Positions 32,854 to 43,302 of a stretch of 64,000 nt of DNA are shown piece after piece. Under the pieces are notes generated by a model. The model ran no database searches and was not told the origin of the DNA. It saw only the letters and a program-made list of their open reading frames with translations. The position numbers and the translations under genes are program-made. The DNA comes from Kiritimatiellia bacterium (GTDB lineage: Bacteria > Verrucomicrobiota > Kiritimatiellia > CAIQIC01 > Lenti-01). The stretch spans positions 5,151 to 69,150 of the forward strand of contig JAFXQI010000086.1 in NCBI GenBank assembly GCA_017527155.1, given 5' to 3'. Every line of letters begins with the position of its first letter. The stretch's first letter is position 1.

Positions 32854-34299
32854 CTACAGTCCAAGCAGTTTCCGCCCCGGCACCACCGCCGCGAAGAAGC
32901 CGCTGCCTTCGACGGCGGGATCGAGATGCCCGTCGTACACCAGCACCGGGCGCTTGCTCATCCCGGGCCGCAAGGGCAGCCGCTTCATCCGTTCCTCGAC
33001 TTCGTCCTCGATTTCGGGGCCGATTTCCTTCCGGCGCTTGATTTCCACCACGTAGGCGGTCTTCGGGGTCTGGACCAGCAGGTCGATCTGGCAGCCGCCG
33101 GGCCGGCCGTCTCGCCCTTTTCGGACGTTCCGGTAGGGGGCGGCGGACTCGATGGTGGAATGGCCGATGCCGAACAAGGGGGCGATGTCCATGGCGTTGT
33201 TGACGACCAGGTTCTCGAACTGGAGGCCCATCACGGTGTTCCAGTCCGGGAGGGCCTCCAGCGAAGCGAACCGGAAGGCCCCGCGCGCAATCGCCGCGCG
33301 GCGGGGCTGGATGTATTTGAGGTAGAAGCGGGTGTAGTTGTCGCGGAGGCGGTAGCGGGAGACGCGCGCCTCGCGGCCGGTTTCGGGGTTCAGGCCGGGG
33401 TCGGAATCGATGAAGCCGCCTTCCTCCAGTTCCCGGAGGCGGTCGCCGAGCGCGCCGTTGCGGTCGGTACCCAGCCGTGGGGCCAGCTCCGCGCCGCTCG
33501 CCGGGCCGTCCGCGAGCAGTTTCAGGATGCGCCGGCGCTCCGCCGCGGCGGAACCGAAGAGCTGGTGGAAGATGGCGTCGAAGTCCTTGAACAGCACGCC
33601 TTCCTTCCGGAAGCACAGGCGCCGGATGTTCTCCCCGGCGGGGAGCCCGGGATCGATTTCCTCGAGATAGCGCGGCACGCCGCCCGTGACCGACAGGACG
33701 TCGAGGATTTCGCGTGGCTGCAGGCGGGCGGCGCCGGGCTTCCAGAATTCCGCGCATTCCGGCAGGGAGAGCTCGCGCAGGACGTAGTCGCGCGAGAAGC
33801 GCCCCGTGAAGCCCGTGTTCCCGAGGATGTTCCTCTTGATCCACGCCGACACGGAACCGCAGACGACGAACACCAGCTTCGCGTGGCGGTGGAACCAGGT
33901 TTCCCAGGCGTTGCGGAGGACGGCGGGGAACGTCGGGTCGGCGCCGCCCATCCAGGAGATTTCGTCGAGGAGGACGACGGTCCGCTTCGAGTCGTCGATC
34001 GCGCGGTCGAGCCAGAAGAACGCGTCCTTCCAGTTCCGCAACGGGAGGATCGGCGAATTGGTCAGACGCGCCAGCGTCGCCGCGAACTCGCCGATCTGCT
34101 CGTCGTTCGTGGCGGGGCGGTCCGCGTCGGGCGCCAGCCCTTCGAATTCGAAGAACGCGTCGGCCGTGCGCCGGGCAAATTCGCGGAACAGCGTCGATTT
34201 GCCGATCCGCCGACGGCCCCGGCACGCGACGATGGAGGACGTCCGCTTCTTCCACAGCGATTCCAGATCTAGAAGTTCTTCTTTCCGACCGACGAACAT
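32854..34299 (-). CDS. AAA family (archaeal-type/STAND-like) ATPase with C-terminal PD-(D/E)XK-like domain
   Basis: FVGRKEEL, GRRRIGKS Walker A, LLDEISW Walker B, CGS, TGGVPRY, QIDLL...VEIK; GAGGAGG RBS. Confidence 0.9.
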   Translation of the reverse strand: MFVGRKEELLDLESLWKKRTSSIVACRGRRRIGKSTLFREFARRTADAFFEFEGLAPDADRPATNDEQIGEFAATLARLTNSPILPLRNWKDAFFWLDRAIDDSKRTVVLLDEISWMGGADPTFPAVLRNAWETWFHRHAKLVFVVCGSVSAWIKRNILGNTGFTGRFSRDYVLRELSLPECAEFWKPGAARLQPREILDVLSVTGGVPRYLEEIDPGLPAGENIRRLCFRKEGVLFKDFDAIFHQLFGSAAAERRRILKLLADGPASGAELAPRLGTDRNGALGDRLRELEEGGFIDSDPGLNPETGREARVSRYRLRDNYTRFYLKYIQPRRAAIARGAFRFASLEALPDWNTVMGLQFENLVVNNAMDIAPLFGIGHSTIESAAPYRNVRKGRDGRPGGCQIDLLVQTPKTAYVVEIKRRKEIGPEIEDEVEERMKRLPLRPGMSKRPVLVYDGHLDPAVEGSGFFAAVVPGRKLLGL

Positions 34300-34477
34300 G
34301 GGGACCTCCTCATGGGCTGCAACGGCGGCCATCCTCCCGCGGGCGGCCGGACAAGTCAAGCGCGGAATTGGGCGTTGTTGAATTTCGCGCTGTCCATTGC
34401 GGGAGTTTGGAAGCGCGAGATTTGACATTTGCAGATTGCGCGCTTCCCATGTGCCCCCCATGGCTCCTGCCAAGATG

Positions 34478-34492
34478 ATGCGCCGTACGCAT
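34478..34492. promoter_or_regulatory. Putative LysR-type binding site (T-N11-A palindrome)
   Basis: ATGCG-ccgta-CGCAT about 60 bp upstream of the flavodoxin start, ahead of TTGGAC-18-TAGGAT. Confidence 0.5.
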
Positions 34493-34549
34493 TGAACCAT
34501 GCAAAGGTTCTATTGGACGGCCGCGGGGGCGGGCCGTAGGATGGGGGGC

Positions 34550-35170
34550 ATGAAAGCAACCGCCATGTTCGTACTATCCGCCCTCCTGCCGTTCGCGGGA
34601 TGCGCGCGGGACACCGAAGCCGGAACCACCCAACAGGAGAACCCATCCATGCACCGGACGCAAAAACCGCTCGTCGTCTACTACTCCCGCACGGGGGAGA
34701 ACTACGCCGTCGGCGACATCGCCGAAGGCAACACCGCCATCGTCGCGAAGATGATCGCCCAAAAGACGGGCGCGGACCTGTTCGAAATCCGCACCGTCAA
34801 GGAATACGCCGCCGACTACACGGAGTGCACGGAGGAGGCCAAGCGCGAGCTGCGCGACGACGCGCGGCCGGAGATCGCCGGGGACGTGGCGGACTTCGCG
34901 CAGTACGGCACGGTGTACGTCGGCTACCCGATCTGGTGGGGGGTGCCGCCGATGGGCGTTTTCACGTTCATCGAGAAGCACGACTGGGCCGGCAAGACGG
35001 TGCGCCCGTTCTGCACGCACGAGGGCAGCGGCCTCGGCGGCTCGGTCCGCGCGCTCCGGAAGGCGCTCCCCGGCGCCACCGTGGAGGACGGGCTCGCCAT
35101 CCAGGGCCACGTCGCCCAGGACGACCGCCCCGCCGCCGAAACCGCCGTGGAGCGGTGGCTCGGGAAATGA
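34550..35170 (+). CDS. Flavodoxin (Flavodoxin_4 type), possible lipoprotein signal
   Basis: YYSRTGEN...GNT, GYPIWWG, PFCTHEGSG. Confidence 0.9.
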   Translation: MKATAMFVLSALLPFAGCARDTEAGTTQQENPSMHRTQKPLVVYYSRTGENYAVGDIAEGNTAIVAKMIAQKTGADLFEIRTVKEYAADYTECTEEAKRELRDDARPEIAGDVADFAQYGTVYVGYPIWWGVPPMGVFTFIEKHDWAGKTVRPFCTHEGSGLGGSVRALRKALPGATVEDGLAIQGHVAQDDRPAAETAVERWLGK

Positions 35171-35272
35171 GAGGCCACCCCTCCCTAGATACCCAGGTTT
35201 CTAGATATCCAGGGGGCTTGGAAACCCCGCCACCACGCAACCCACCCACCCGCAACCCAAAGGAAAACACCC

Positions 35273-36121
35273 ATGGACACCACCACACTCACCCTCAACA
35301 ACGGCGTCGAATGCCCGGCCGTGGGCATCGGAACCTTCATGCTCTCCCCGGCGGACGCCGAGAACAGCGTGCGCGAGGCGCTCAAGATGGGCTACCGGCT
35401 CGTCGACACCGCCGCCGCCTACCAGAACGAACGCGCCTGCGGACGCGGCCTCCGCGCGAGCGGCGTCCCGCGCCGGGACGTCTTCCTCTCGACCAAGCTC
35501 TGGCCGAGCGACTACGCGAACCCGTGCGCCGTGGACGAGACGCTGGAGCGGCTCGGCACTGACTACGTGGACCTGCTCTTCCTCCACCAGCCGGCCGGCG
35601 ACTGGCTTGCGGGCTACCGGCAGCTGGAGAAGGCGCTGCGCGACGGCAAGGCGCGGTCCATCGGCATCTCGAACTTCGAGGGGCGCTACATGGAGGAGCT
35701 GGAGCGGCAGTGGGAGGTCGTCCCGCAGTTCGTCCAGGTCGAGGCGCATCCCTACTTCCCGCAGCATGAACTCCGCAGGACGCTCGACCGCCTCGGCATC
35801 CGCCTGATGAGCTGGTATCCGCTCGGCCACGGCGACAGGGCGCTCCTCGCGGAGCCGGTCGTCGCGGACATCGCGCGCCGCCTCGGCCGCACCCCCGCGC
35901 AGGTCATCCTGCGCTGGCACGTCCAGACGGGCTTCGCCGTCATCCCCGGCAGCCGCAACGTCGACCACATCCGCGACAACCTCGCCGTCCTCGACTTTTC
36001 GCTCACGGACGCCGACATGGCCGCCATCGCCACGCTCGACAAGGGCGTGCGCTACTACAACCGCACCGACGCGCAGCTCGTGCAGTTCGCCGCCTGGCAG
36101 CCGACTTACGAAAAAGCCTAA
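35273..36121 (+). CDS. Aldo/keto reductase
   Basis: GYRLVDTAAAYQNE, LSTKLW, DLLFLHQP, SIGISNF, AQVILRW. Confidence 0.95.
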   Translation: MDTTTLTLNNGVECPAVGIGTFMLSPADAENSVREALKMGYRLVDTAAAYQNERACGRGLRASGVPRRDVFLSTKLWPSDYANPCAVDETLERLGTDYVDLLFLHQPAGDWLAGYRQLEKALRDGKARSIGISNFEGRYMEELERQWEVVPQFVQVEAHPYFPQHELRRTLDRLGIRLMSWYPLGHGDRALLAEPVVADIARRLGRTPAQVILRWHVQTGFAVIPGSRNVDHIRDNLAVLDFSLTDADMAAIATLDKGVRYYNRTDAQLVQFAAWQPTYEKA

Positions 36122-36151
36122 CCCACCGCACCAATCCAAGGAGACACCGCA

Positions 36152-36583
36152 ATGGACCACATCGAAGACCGCATGGAACTCAAGGCCCTCGTGGACAAGT
36201 ACGCGACCGAGAGCGACAAGGGCAACCAGGACTGCTACGCCGAAATCTTCCGCCCCGACATCAAGCTCGACGTCTATTTCAACGGCAAACTCGGCATGAC
36301 GGCGCGCGACGTGCAGGACATGATCCGGCAGTACAAGGCGTTCGGCGCCGCAAAGATGTCGTTCCACATGAACGGCCAGCAGAACGTCGAATTCGCCGAC
36401 GCCACGCACGCCACCGGCACCTGCTACGCCCTAGCCACGCTCGTCACGGAGAAGGACGGCAAGGACATCCTCACGGTCCACGCCGTGCGCTACTCCGACA
36501 AGTACGTCAAGCTCGACGGCCGCTGGTGGATCGCCGAGCGCGAGCAGCGCTTCGAGTGGACCGCCTTTCCGCCGCTGGCCTAG
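36152..36583 (+). CDS. SnoaL-like/NTF2 family protein
   Basis: LKALVDKYA, FHMNGQ, RYSDKYVK..GRWWIAER; AAGGAG RBS. Confidence 0.85.
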   Translation: MDHIEDRMELKALVDKYATESDKGNQDCYAEIFRPDIKLDVYFNGKLGMTARDVQDMIRQYKAFGAAKMSFHMNGQQNVEFADATHATGTCYALATLVTEKDGKDILTVHAVRYSDKYVKLDGRWWIAEREQRFEWTAFPPLA

Positions 36584-36607
36584 GGGACAATCCTCCGCAC
36601 CCCCACC

Positions 36608-36685
36608 GACGGTCTGGCCGACCTGCCCATCGACGGCGGCGTCATCGCCTCCATCCGCGCTGGCACCTACTCCATCCACCCCTGA
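36608..36685 (+). pseudogene. Possible C-terminal remnant of an SDR oxidoreductase
   Basis: Startless frame reading DGLADLPIDGGVIASIRAGTYSIHP*, resembling the SDR C-terminal D.L.IDGG motif. Confidence 0.35.
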
Positions 36686-36837
36686 CCCGCCCCGGGCGGT
36701 ATGAACAGCCCGCCCAGCTCGCCGTCTGGCACCCGGCGTTCGAGCAGGCGTGCCCCGTCACGGAAAGCCGGATTTCTGGACACCGCCCCGCTTTTCTGCC
36801 ATCATCGGCGGTACAACCCCCAACGAAAGGATTTGCC

Positions 36838-37446
36838 ATGCCCCCCAAAACCGACCTCGGCCCCGTCCCCGCCGTTTTCCCCATGCCCGTCCTCGTCGTC
36901 GCCGCGTACGACGCGAAGGGGACCGTCCAGCTGCTGAACGCCGCCTGGGGGCAGATTTGCGACACCGACAAGATCGCGCTCTTCCTCGACCCCGACCACG
37001 CCACCATGAAAGCCATCCTCGCCGCGAAGGCCTTCACCGTCGCCCTCGCCGACCGCGAGCACATGGCCGAAGCCGACTACGTCGGCATCGTCTCCGGCAA
37101 CCAGGTCGCGGACAAATTCGCGCGTTCCGGCCTCCACGCCGCGAAGTCGGCCCGCGTGAACGCGCCGGTCATCGACGAATTCCCCGTCACGATGGAATGC
37201 GAACTCGCGGAAGTCGTCGAGTCGAAGACCCTGTACGCCGTCGTCGGCACCATCGTCAACACCCTCGCGGACCCGCGCATCCTCGACGACGCGGGCAAGG
37301 TGGACCCCGCCAAGCTCGACGCCATCGCCTTCGACCAGTTCCGCCACGGCTACTACGCCACCGGCGAAAAAGCCGGCCAGGCCTGGAACGCCGGCGGGGC
37401 CCTCGCCCGCGCCGCGCAGGCGGCCGCGAAAGGCGCCGTGCAGTGA
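36838..37446 (+). CDS. Flavin reductase family protein
   Basis: FPMPVLVV, NAAWG, ADYVGIVSG, NAPVIDEFPVTMEC. Confidence 0.9.
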   Translation: MPPKTDLGPVPAVFPMPVLVVAAYDAKGTVQLLNAAWGQICDTDKIALFLDPDHATMKAILAAKAFTVALADREHMAEADYVGIVSGNQVADKFARSGLHAAKSARVNAPVIDEFPVTMECELAEVVESKTLYAVVGTIVNTLADPRILDDAGKVDPAKLDAIAFDQFRHGYYATGEKAGQAWNAGGALARAAQAAAKGAVQ

Positions 37447-38078
37447 AAGCGGGCCTGGTCGTCCTGGCGGTGCTGGCCGTCGCGGTCCTCGCGGCGGTGG
37501 CGGGGTGCGTCGCCCTGTCGCGGCGTTCCACGGCGGCGACCAAGACCCCGACCGCGAAGATTCCGGGCCGGGTGGCGGTCGTCTTCCATTCCCAGTCCAA
37601 GGTGCGCAACACGGCAACCGTCGCCGCGTGGATCGCCAAGCACACGGGCGGCGACCTTCTGGAACTGGAGATGGCCGAGCCCTATCCCGAACCCTACGGC
37701 GCGACCCTCAAGGCCGCCGAAAAGGACGTCACCTCCGGCACCCTGCCCGCCCTCAAGGCCATCCCGCCACTCGACGGCTACGACGTGGTGTTCCTCGGCT
37801 CCCCCATCTGGTACGGCACCTACGCGCCGCCCGTCGGGACCTTCCTCGCGGCGGACGCGCTCGCCGGCAAGACAGTCGCCCCCTTCTGCACCCACGGCGG
37901 CGGCGGGGCCGGACGCTTCCCCGCCGACATCCGCAAGGCCTGCCCCGGCGCGACGGTCCTGGACGCCCTCTCCCTGCGCGGCTCCAACCAGATCGAGCGC
38001 CGCCTCGGCCTCGGCGTCGGTGCCCGCCACACCGAAGACGACGTCATCGACTGGCTCGACCGCATCTTCCGCCCCTGA
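37443..38078 (+). CDS. Flavodoxin with N-terminal membrane anchor
   Basis: GTGA coupling; FLGSPIWYG, PFCTHGGGG. Confidence 0.88.
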   Translation: MKAGLVVLAVLAVAVLAAVAGCVALSRRSTAATKTPTAKIPGRVAVVFHSQSKVRNTATVAAWIAKHTGGDLLELEMAEPYPEPYGATLKAAEKDVTSGTLPALKAIPPLDGYDVVFLGSPIWYGTYAPPVGTFLAADALAGKTVAPFCTHGGGGAGRFPADIRKACPGATVLDALSLRGSNQIERRLGLGVGARHTEDDVIDWLDRIFRP

Positions 38079-38302
38079 CCGCGACGGGGCAGGCCGCCGG
38101 GGAAACGGGCCTGCGGCGCGAAACACGGAGCGCACGAGGAAGGAGACACGGAGAGGTTCGGGATGGGGTGTCTGTTGGAGGAGCCTGAGCACTCGGAAAA
38201 CGGCCGTTGGCCAGCGTAGGAAAGCGAATGGGGGGGCTTGTCAAAGGCCGGGGTGTCGGCAAGCAGGGGCGTTGCTTTGGCCGCACCGCTTCCTGTCACG
38301 TG

Positions 38303-40525
38303 TCACTCGTTGTCCGCGTCCGCTCCGACCACGCGGAAGAAGCCGGCGGGCGAATCCGCGGGCAGGACGACCGGCACGCCGGTTTCGCCGTCGGCGGCGG
38401 GGGTCCAGCGGCGGAGGACGGTCCATTCGCCGCCCAGGACGGGGGTCCACTGGACCTCGCAGGCCACGCCGGCGGGGGCTTCGACCTGGAGCGTGCATTC
38501 CGTGGCGGGCGGGCGGGTGGCACGGGCGGCGTGAACGGGGCGGCAAGAGCGCGAGAAGCCGGTTATGGAGAGGGCGCCGGTCGTCGCCTGCCAGCGGGCA
38601 TACAACGTCCGCTCGGCATCGGCCGTCACCGTCATGCCGACCCGGACGCGCTGGCCGCCTTCCTTGGCATCGTACCAGCCCCGGAACGTGAAGCCTTCGC
38701 GGACGGGAATCACGAAGTGCGAATAGGGGTCGCCGACGAATAACTTCACGCTCCTCTTGGCGCACGTCCCGCCGTTGGCATCGAAGCGCACCTTCTGGAC
38801 GAGCCGCTCCCAATGCGCCCACAGGGTGCGTTCGGCCTGCTCGGTCACGACATCGCCGACCCGGACCCGCCTTCCGCCTTCCTGTTCGTCGTACCAGCCC
38901 AGGAACTTGTAGTATTCGCGGACGGGAATCACGAAGTGGTCATAGGTGTCGCCGACGAAGCACTTCACGCTCGTCTTGGCGCACGTCCCGCCGTTGGCGT
39001 CGAAACGCACCGTCTGGCGGGGGGCTCCCCAATGCGCCCACAGGGTCCGCTTGGACAGGGGCGTCACGACATCGCCGACCCGGACCCGGGTTCCACCCTC
39101 CGGCGCGTCGTACCAGCCCAGGAAGCTGTGGCCGTCCCGGGTGACGCTCGCGAGCTTGGTGTAGGTTTCGCCCACGACGGCCGTCAGCGACGTCTTCCTG
39201 CACGTCCCCCCGTTCGCGTCGAACACCACCCGCTGGGTGGCGGGCACGACCGCGTCCTCCACCACCAGTGCCAGATCCTTCCTCGCCACCACCCCCGCGG
39301 CATCCTCCACGAAGACCGTGACGGGATGGTTCCCGCCCTCTTCCGGCGTCCCCCGCAACACGCCGTCCGCCGTCAGTTCGAGCCACTCCGGCATCCCCCG
39401 CACGGGCGTGAAGACGATGTCCTGCGCATTCCGCATCCGCCCCGTGCCGCTCTTCCTGGAGACCAGCACTGTTTCCCCGTCCCCCGCGCTGATGCCGATG
39501 AACCCGCCGATCCTGTTCCCCGCGCCGTAGGAAAACACGATCCGCCCGTCCTCGTGCAGCGTCGCCGAGAAATTGACCGCGCCGCCGCCCTCGTAAGCCG
39601 CCCGCCACTGCACTTTCACCCATCCCGCGCCTTCCTCCATGTACATGCCGCCGTTCTCCAGCGACAGGCTCTCCCACATCGCGGCGATGACGGGCGTCCG
39701 CAGGAACAGGTTTTCGTCGTACCGGGCCCGCTCGAACGGCAAACTCCCGAACGAAATCCCCCCGTTGCTGTTGATTTTCGCGTGCGTGTAGATTCCGCCG
39801 AAGAACGGGAATCCGAATGGCAGGTCCACGTCCCAGCTGTACTCGGCCTCGTACCATTCCCGTGCCGCCGCCGTCTCCGGTGTCACCGCGTAGGTGTTTT
39901 CGGCGGAAGACTCCCCGTACCGGACCGCCCCGCCGTGCCACGCGTACGGCGCCACCCCGCCCGCCACCTCCAGCGTCGTCGCGTACGCCTCTCCCTCCCG
40001 CGCTTCCGGCACCTTCTCCGCCGCCACGGCCAGCGGTTCGATTCCCCGGTACGTCACCGGAAACCACAGGGGGGCCCAGAGGGCTTCCGCCACGATGCCG
40101 GTCCCGTACCACGCACCCGGCACTTCCAGGCTCCGCAGGCCACTGCATTTGTACAGCGCATACGGCTCGATGCGCGCCACGCCGTCGGCAATCGCCATGC
40201 TCACAAGGTTGGTGCAGAAGGAAAACGCGTAGCTCGCGACATTCGTCACCCCCGCCCCGATCGTCACACCCGTCAGCCCGCCGTGGTTGTGGAACGCGAA
40301 CGACCCGATGTCCGTCACGGGACAACCGCCCAACGCGGAAGGAATGGCGATGGCGCCGGCCGTCGAAGCCGGAATGCCGACGACCGTGGCCACCCCGCCG
40401 GAAACCGTGTAGGTCCACGGGATTCCGTCCACGGTTTCGGTCTCGGCCCTGGCTTCCGGCAACACGCCGCCGAAGCCCAGGACCGCCGCCGCGAGCCAAC
40501 CCAACCACCGATTTGCACGTTTCAT
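38303..40525 (-). CDS. Secreted/surface protein: BspA-type LRRs, Ig-like domain, three InlB B-repeat (Flg_new) domains
   Basis: Signal peptide; VTDIGSFAF/YAFSFCTNL LRRs; three FDANGG...F.GWYD..EGG.RV...TLWAHW repeats. Confidence 0.88.
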   Translation of the reverse strand: MKRANRWLGWLAAAVLGFGGVLPEARAETETVDGIPWTYTVSGGVATVVGIPASTAGAIAIPSALGGCPVTDIGSFAFHNHGGLTGVTIGAGVTNVASYAFSFCTNLVSMAIADGVARIEPYALYKCSGLRSLEVPGAWYGTGIVAEALWAPLWFPVTYRGIEPLAVAAEKVPEAREGEAYATTLEVAGGVAPYAWHGGAVRYGESSAENTYAVTPETAAAREWYEAEYSWDVDLPFGFPFFGGIYTHAKINSNGGISFGSLPFERARYDENLFLRTPVIAAMWESLSLENGGMYMEEGAGWVKVQWRAAYEGGGAVNFSATLHEDGRIVFSYGAGNRIGGFIGISAGDGETVLVSRKSGTGRMRNAQDIVFTPVRGMPEWLELTADGVLRGTPEEGGNHPVTVFVEDAAGVVARKDLALVVEDAVVPATQRVVFDANGGTCRKTSLTAVVGETYTKLASVTRDGHSFLGWYDAPEGGTRVRVGDVVTPLSKRTLWAHWGAPRQTVRFDANGGTCAKTSVKCFVGDTYDHFVIPVREYYKFLGWYDEQEGGRRVRVGDVVTEQAERTLWAHWERLVQKVRFDANGGTCAKRSVKLFVGDPYSHFVIPVREGFTFRGWYDAKEGGQRVRVGMTVTADAERTLYARWQATTGALSITGFSRSCRPVHAARATRPPATECTLQVEAPAGVACEVQWTPVLGGEWTVLRRWTPAADGETGVPVVLPADSPAGFFRVVGADADNE
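38595..39240 (-). repeat. Three tandem ~220-bp intragenic repeats (InlB B-repeat domains)
   Basis: Near-identical DNA blocks, e.g. GGCGCACGTCCCGCCGTTGGC and CGCGGACGGGAATCACGAAGTG. Confidence 0.75.
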
Positions 40526-40759
40526 GGTCATCCGTCCAGTCGTCCGGGCGGGGGCCAACACAGCCACCTGCCCACAACTCCATTCTGCCCCGTTGGAGGG
40601 AGGCGGACAAGGGGAAACTTTCCGACACGCGACATCCGCACCCCCAAAGCCGGCGAACACGGCCCCTGTCCGGGGCGGGGAAGGCCAGGAAGAGGGAGTC
40701 AAGGCGGACGGGCTCGGTCGACCAGCGGTGCCGGTCCGTGTCGCCCCGGACGGACCGCG

Positions 40760-41536
40760 TCAGCGCGCGATTCCCCTCTCGCTTCCCCGGATGAAGGCCA
40801 CGAAGTGGTCCAGCTCCGGCGAGTGCGGCAGCTCCGCCTCGATGCGTTCCAGCGCCGGTTCCGTCAGCAGCGAGGAGCGGTACACGATCTTGTAGGCCTT
40901 CAGCAGCGCCTTCTGCGTTTCCGGGGAAATCCCGTGGCGCTCCAGGCCGATCTTGTTCGTGCCGTAGACCTTCACGGGGTCGCCGTCCGCCGTCATGAAG
41001 GGGGGGATGTCCTTGACCGCCTTCGTGCACCCGCCGAGGATGCACATCCGGCCGATCCGCACGAACTGGTGGACGCCCGCCATGCCGCCGAGGATCGCAT
41101 CGTCTTCCACGATGACGTGCCCCGCCAGCGTCGCGTTGTTCGCCATGATCACGCGGTCGCCGACGATGCAGTCGTGCGCCACGTGGACGTACGCCATCAG
41201 CAGGCAGCCGGAGCCGACGCGCGTCTCGCCGTCGGCGTACGTCGCGCAGCTGAGGGTCGCGCACTCGCGGATGACCGTGTTGTCGCCCACGCGCAGGCCC
41301 GGGCTCCCGCCCTTGTACTTGAGGTCCTGCGTCTTGCCGCCCACCGACGCGAACGGCCAGACCTCGCAGCCGGAGCCGAGCACCGTGCGGCCGGTCACGC
41401 TCGCGTGGGAGCGCAGGACCGTGCGGTCGCCGATCACCACCTCGGGGCCGACCACGCAGAACGGCCCGATCTTCACGTCCTCGCCCAGCCGCGCGCCGGG
41501 ATCCACCACCGAACTCGGATGGATTTCGACGGCCAT
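40760..41536 (-). CDS. lpxA: UDP-N-acetylglucosamine acyltransferase
   Basis: IHPSSVV, QDLKYKG, LMAYVHVAHDC, LAGHV, VHQFVRIG hexapeptide repeats. Confidence 0.96.
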   Translation of the reverse strand: MAVEIHPSSVVDPGARLGEDVKIGPFCVVGPEVVIGDRTVLRSHASVTGRTVLGSGCEVWPFASVGGKTQDLKYKGGSPGLRVGDNTVIRECATLSCATYADGETRVGSGCLLMAYVHVAHDCIVGDRVIMANNATLAGHVIVEDDAILGGMAGVHQFVRIGRMCILGGCTKAVKDIPPFMTADGDPVKVYGTNKIGLERHGISPETQKALLKAYKIVYRSSLLTEPALERIEAELPHSPELDHFVAFIRGSERGIAR

Positions 41537-41538
41537 CG

Positions 41539-41973
41539 TCAGCGCCCTCCGCCGAACATCATCTCCGCTTCGCACGCCACTTCGCCGTCCACCAGCACCC
41601 GGCCCTGGGCGCGGGCCATGCCCATGCGGATGCGGAGCATCTTGATTTCCATGCGCATCTGGTCGCCGGGACGGATGATGCGGCGGAAGCGGGTCTTGTC
41701 GACGCCGACGTAGTAGCAGGTGCCGCCCTCGTTGCCGAAAATCTGGTTGAGCAGCACGCCGGCCGTCTGGGCCATCGCTTCGAGCTGGAGGACGCCGGGA
41801 AACACCGGGTCGCCGGGGAAATGCCCCTGAAAACACGGCTCGTTGGAAGAGACGTTCTTGATGCCCACGATCCATTCCTTGCCGTCGCATTCCACGATGC
41901 GGTCGACCATGATGAACGGGAAGCGGTGGGGGAGGATGTCGAGAATCTGCTTGGAATCGTATGTGGTTTCCAC
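41539..41973 (-). CDS. fabZ: 3-hydroxyacyl-ACP dehydratase
   Basis: LPHRFPFIMVD, FQGHFPGDPVFPGVLQLEAMAQ; AAAGGAG RBS, GTG start. Confidence 0.95.
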   Translation of the reverse strand: METTYDSKQILDILPHRFPFIMVDRIVECDGKEWIVGIKNVSSNEPCFQGHFPGDPVFPGVLQLEAMAQTAGVLLNQIFGNEGGTCYYVGVDKTRFRRIIRPGDQMRMEIKMLRIRMGMARAQGRVLVDGEVACEAEMMFGGGR

Positions 41974-42120
41974 GGAAAAGCTCCTTTCGTCCGGTGCCGG
42001 TTGGTTTTCCCCCGCCTTATACCACCCCCTCCCGTCCCCTGGCAATGCCGAATCCCCCGCACTCGTGAGATTATTTCCTTCTTGCCGAATCCGCCCGCAT
42101 CTGCCATCCTCCTCCGCACC

Positions 42121-43029
42121 ATGAAAATCATCACTCCCGTCCTCCGCAAGACCGGCGCCGTCGCCCGCGGTACCTTCGGCGCCCTCGCCCGCGCCGACGC
42201 CCGGCTGATCCTCGTCGATGCCGCCCTGTCGCTGGCCGTGACCGCGACGGCCTTCACGGCCTTCCTCGTCACCGAGACCGGCGCCGCGATCCTCGACGAA
42301 CTCCACCGCCGCCACCGCCTCCGCATCCCCCGTCCCGAAAGCCCCTCGCTGCGCGGCACGCCCACGCCGGAGGAACTCGCCGCCGCCTGCGCCGCCACCC
42401 CGCGCAAGCTGCTGGAACGCCTCCGCCTCGGATCCCTCCTGGCCGACCTCGATCCCACGCTCGACCGGACTTTCTCCTTCACCGAACTCCCCAACGGCGC
42501 CAAACGCTACCGTTCCCGCGGCGGCGGTCTCAAAGCCTACCTCGCCGACAACCGCATCCCCGTCCCCTACTCCACCCTGATGCGCTACAAACTCCTCGCC
42601 ACGCGCCTCCGCCAGCTCCTCGCGCTCGACGCCCGCCTCCCCCTGGAGTGGCTCCTGCCGCACGCGGCGCCCGACCGCGAACTCCCTTCCGACCTCCAAA
42701 CGCCGTACTGGACGGCCCGGCGGCGGCTGGCGCGGCTCCTGCGCGAGAACCGGAATTTCACCCGCCTGCGCAAGCATGTCGATGAAAAGCTCGGCATTCC
42801 CCAACTCCTCCGCGCCCGCCGCGATGCGCGTGGCGCGAAGGAATGCCGCCACGCCGCCCGCTTCCCGGAGGTCCGCGGCGCGGCGCGCCACATGACAATC
42901 GACCCGGGCCGCATCGAAGCGACCCGCCTGGCGCTGGCGGACTTCCTGCAAGACAAACACCTCTCCCCGAAATGCTCGCACCTGCGCGACGCCGCCATCC
43001 GCTGGTTGCGTGCGCCGCCGATCATCTGA
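42121..43029 (+). CDS. Hypothetical protein, paralog of 58260-59114
   Basis: Shared blocks SPSLRGTPTPEE, RLR.GS.LADL.PTLDR, YSTLMRY, LPLEWLLP, RLLRENRNF. Confidence 0.75.
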   Translation: MKIITPVLRKTGAVARGTFGALARADARLILVDAALSLAVTATAFTAFLVTETGAAILDELHRRHRLRIPRPESPSLRGTPTPEELAAACAATPRKLLERLRLGSLLADLDPTLDRTFSFTELPNGAKRYRSRGGGLKAYLADNRIPVPYSTLMRYKLLATRLRQLLALDARLPLEWLLPHAAPDRELPSDLQTPYWTARRRLARLLRENRNFTRLRKHVDEKLGIPQLLRARRDARGAKECRHAARFPEVRGAARHMTIDPGRIEATRLALADFLQDKHLSPKCSHLRDAAIRWLRAPPII

Positions 43030-43302
43030 GCCCGTTTTTGGGGAACATGGGAGGGAGAGGGAGGTGGGGGGGGCTTGTTGGGATGGTGGAGGCCTGCACG
43101 GGGCTGTTCGATACGACCACCATTGGCGTGTACTGCAAAAGGGAGGGCCTGCCGTGGCGGGCCGTCCTTTTTCGTGCCTTGCGTTCATGGGGGCGGGATA
43201 GGTGTGAAATCGCTGGAAATCGTTGGAAATGAAGTAATCTCAAAAGTGCCGGGAAGGGCAGGCGGGAGGGGGCATCAAGGGGCATTTGCGGCAGTGTGGA
43301 GA

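Noticed and set aside
38595-39240. Near-identical repeats as DGR template/variable regions
   Set aside because: They are in-frame InlB B-repeat domains within one gene; differences are not adenine-restricted
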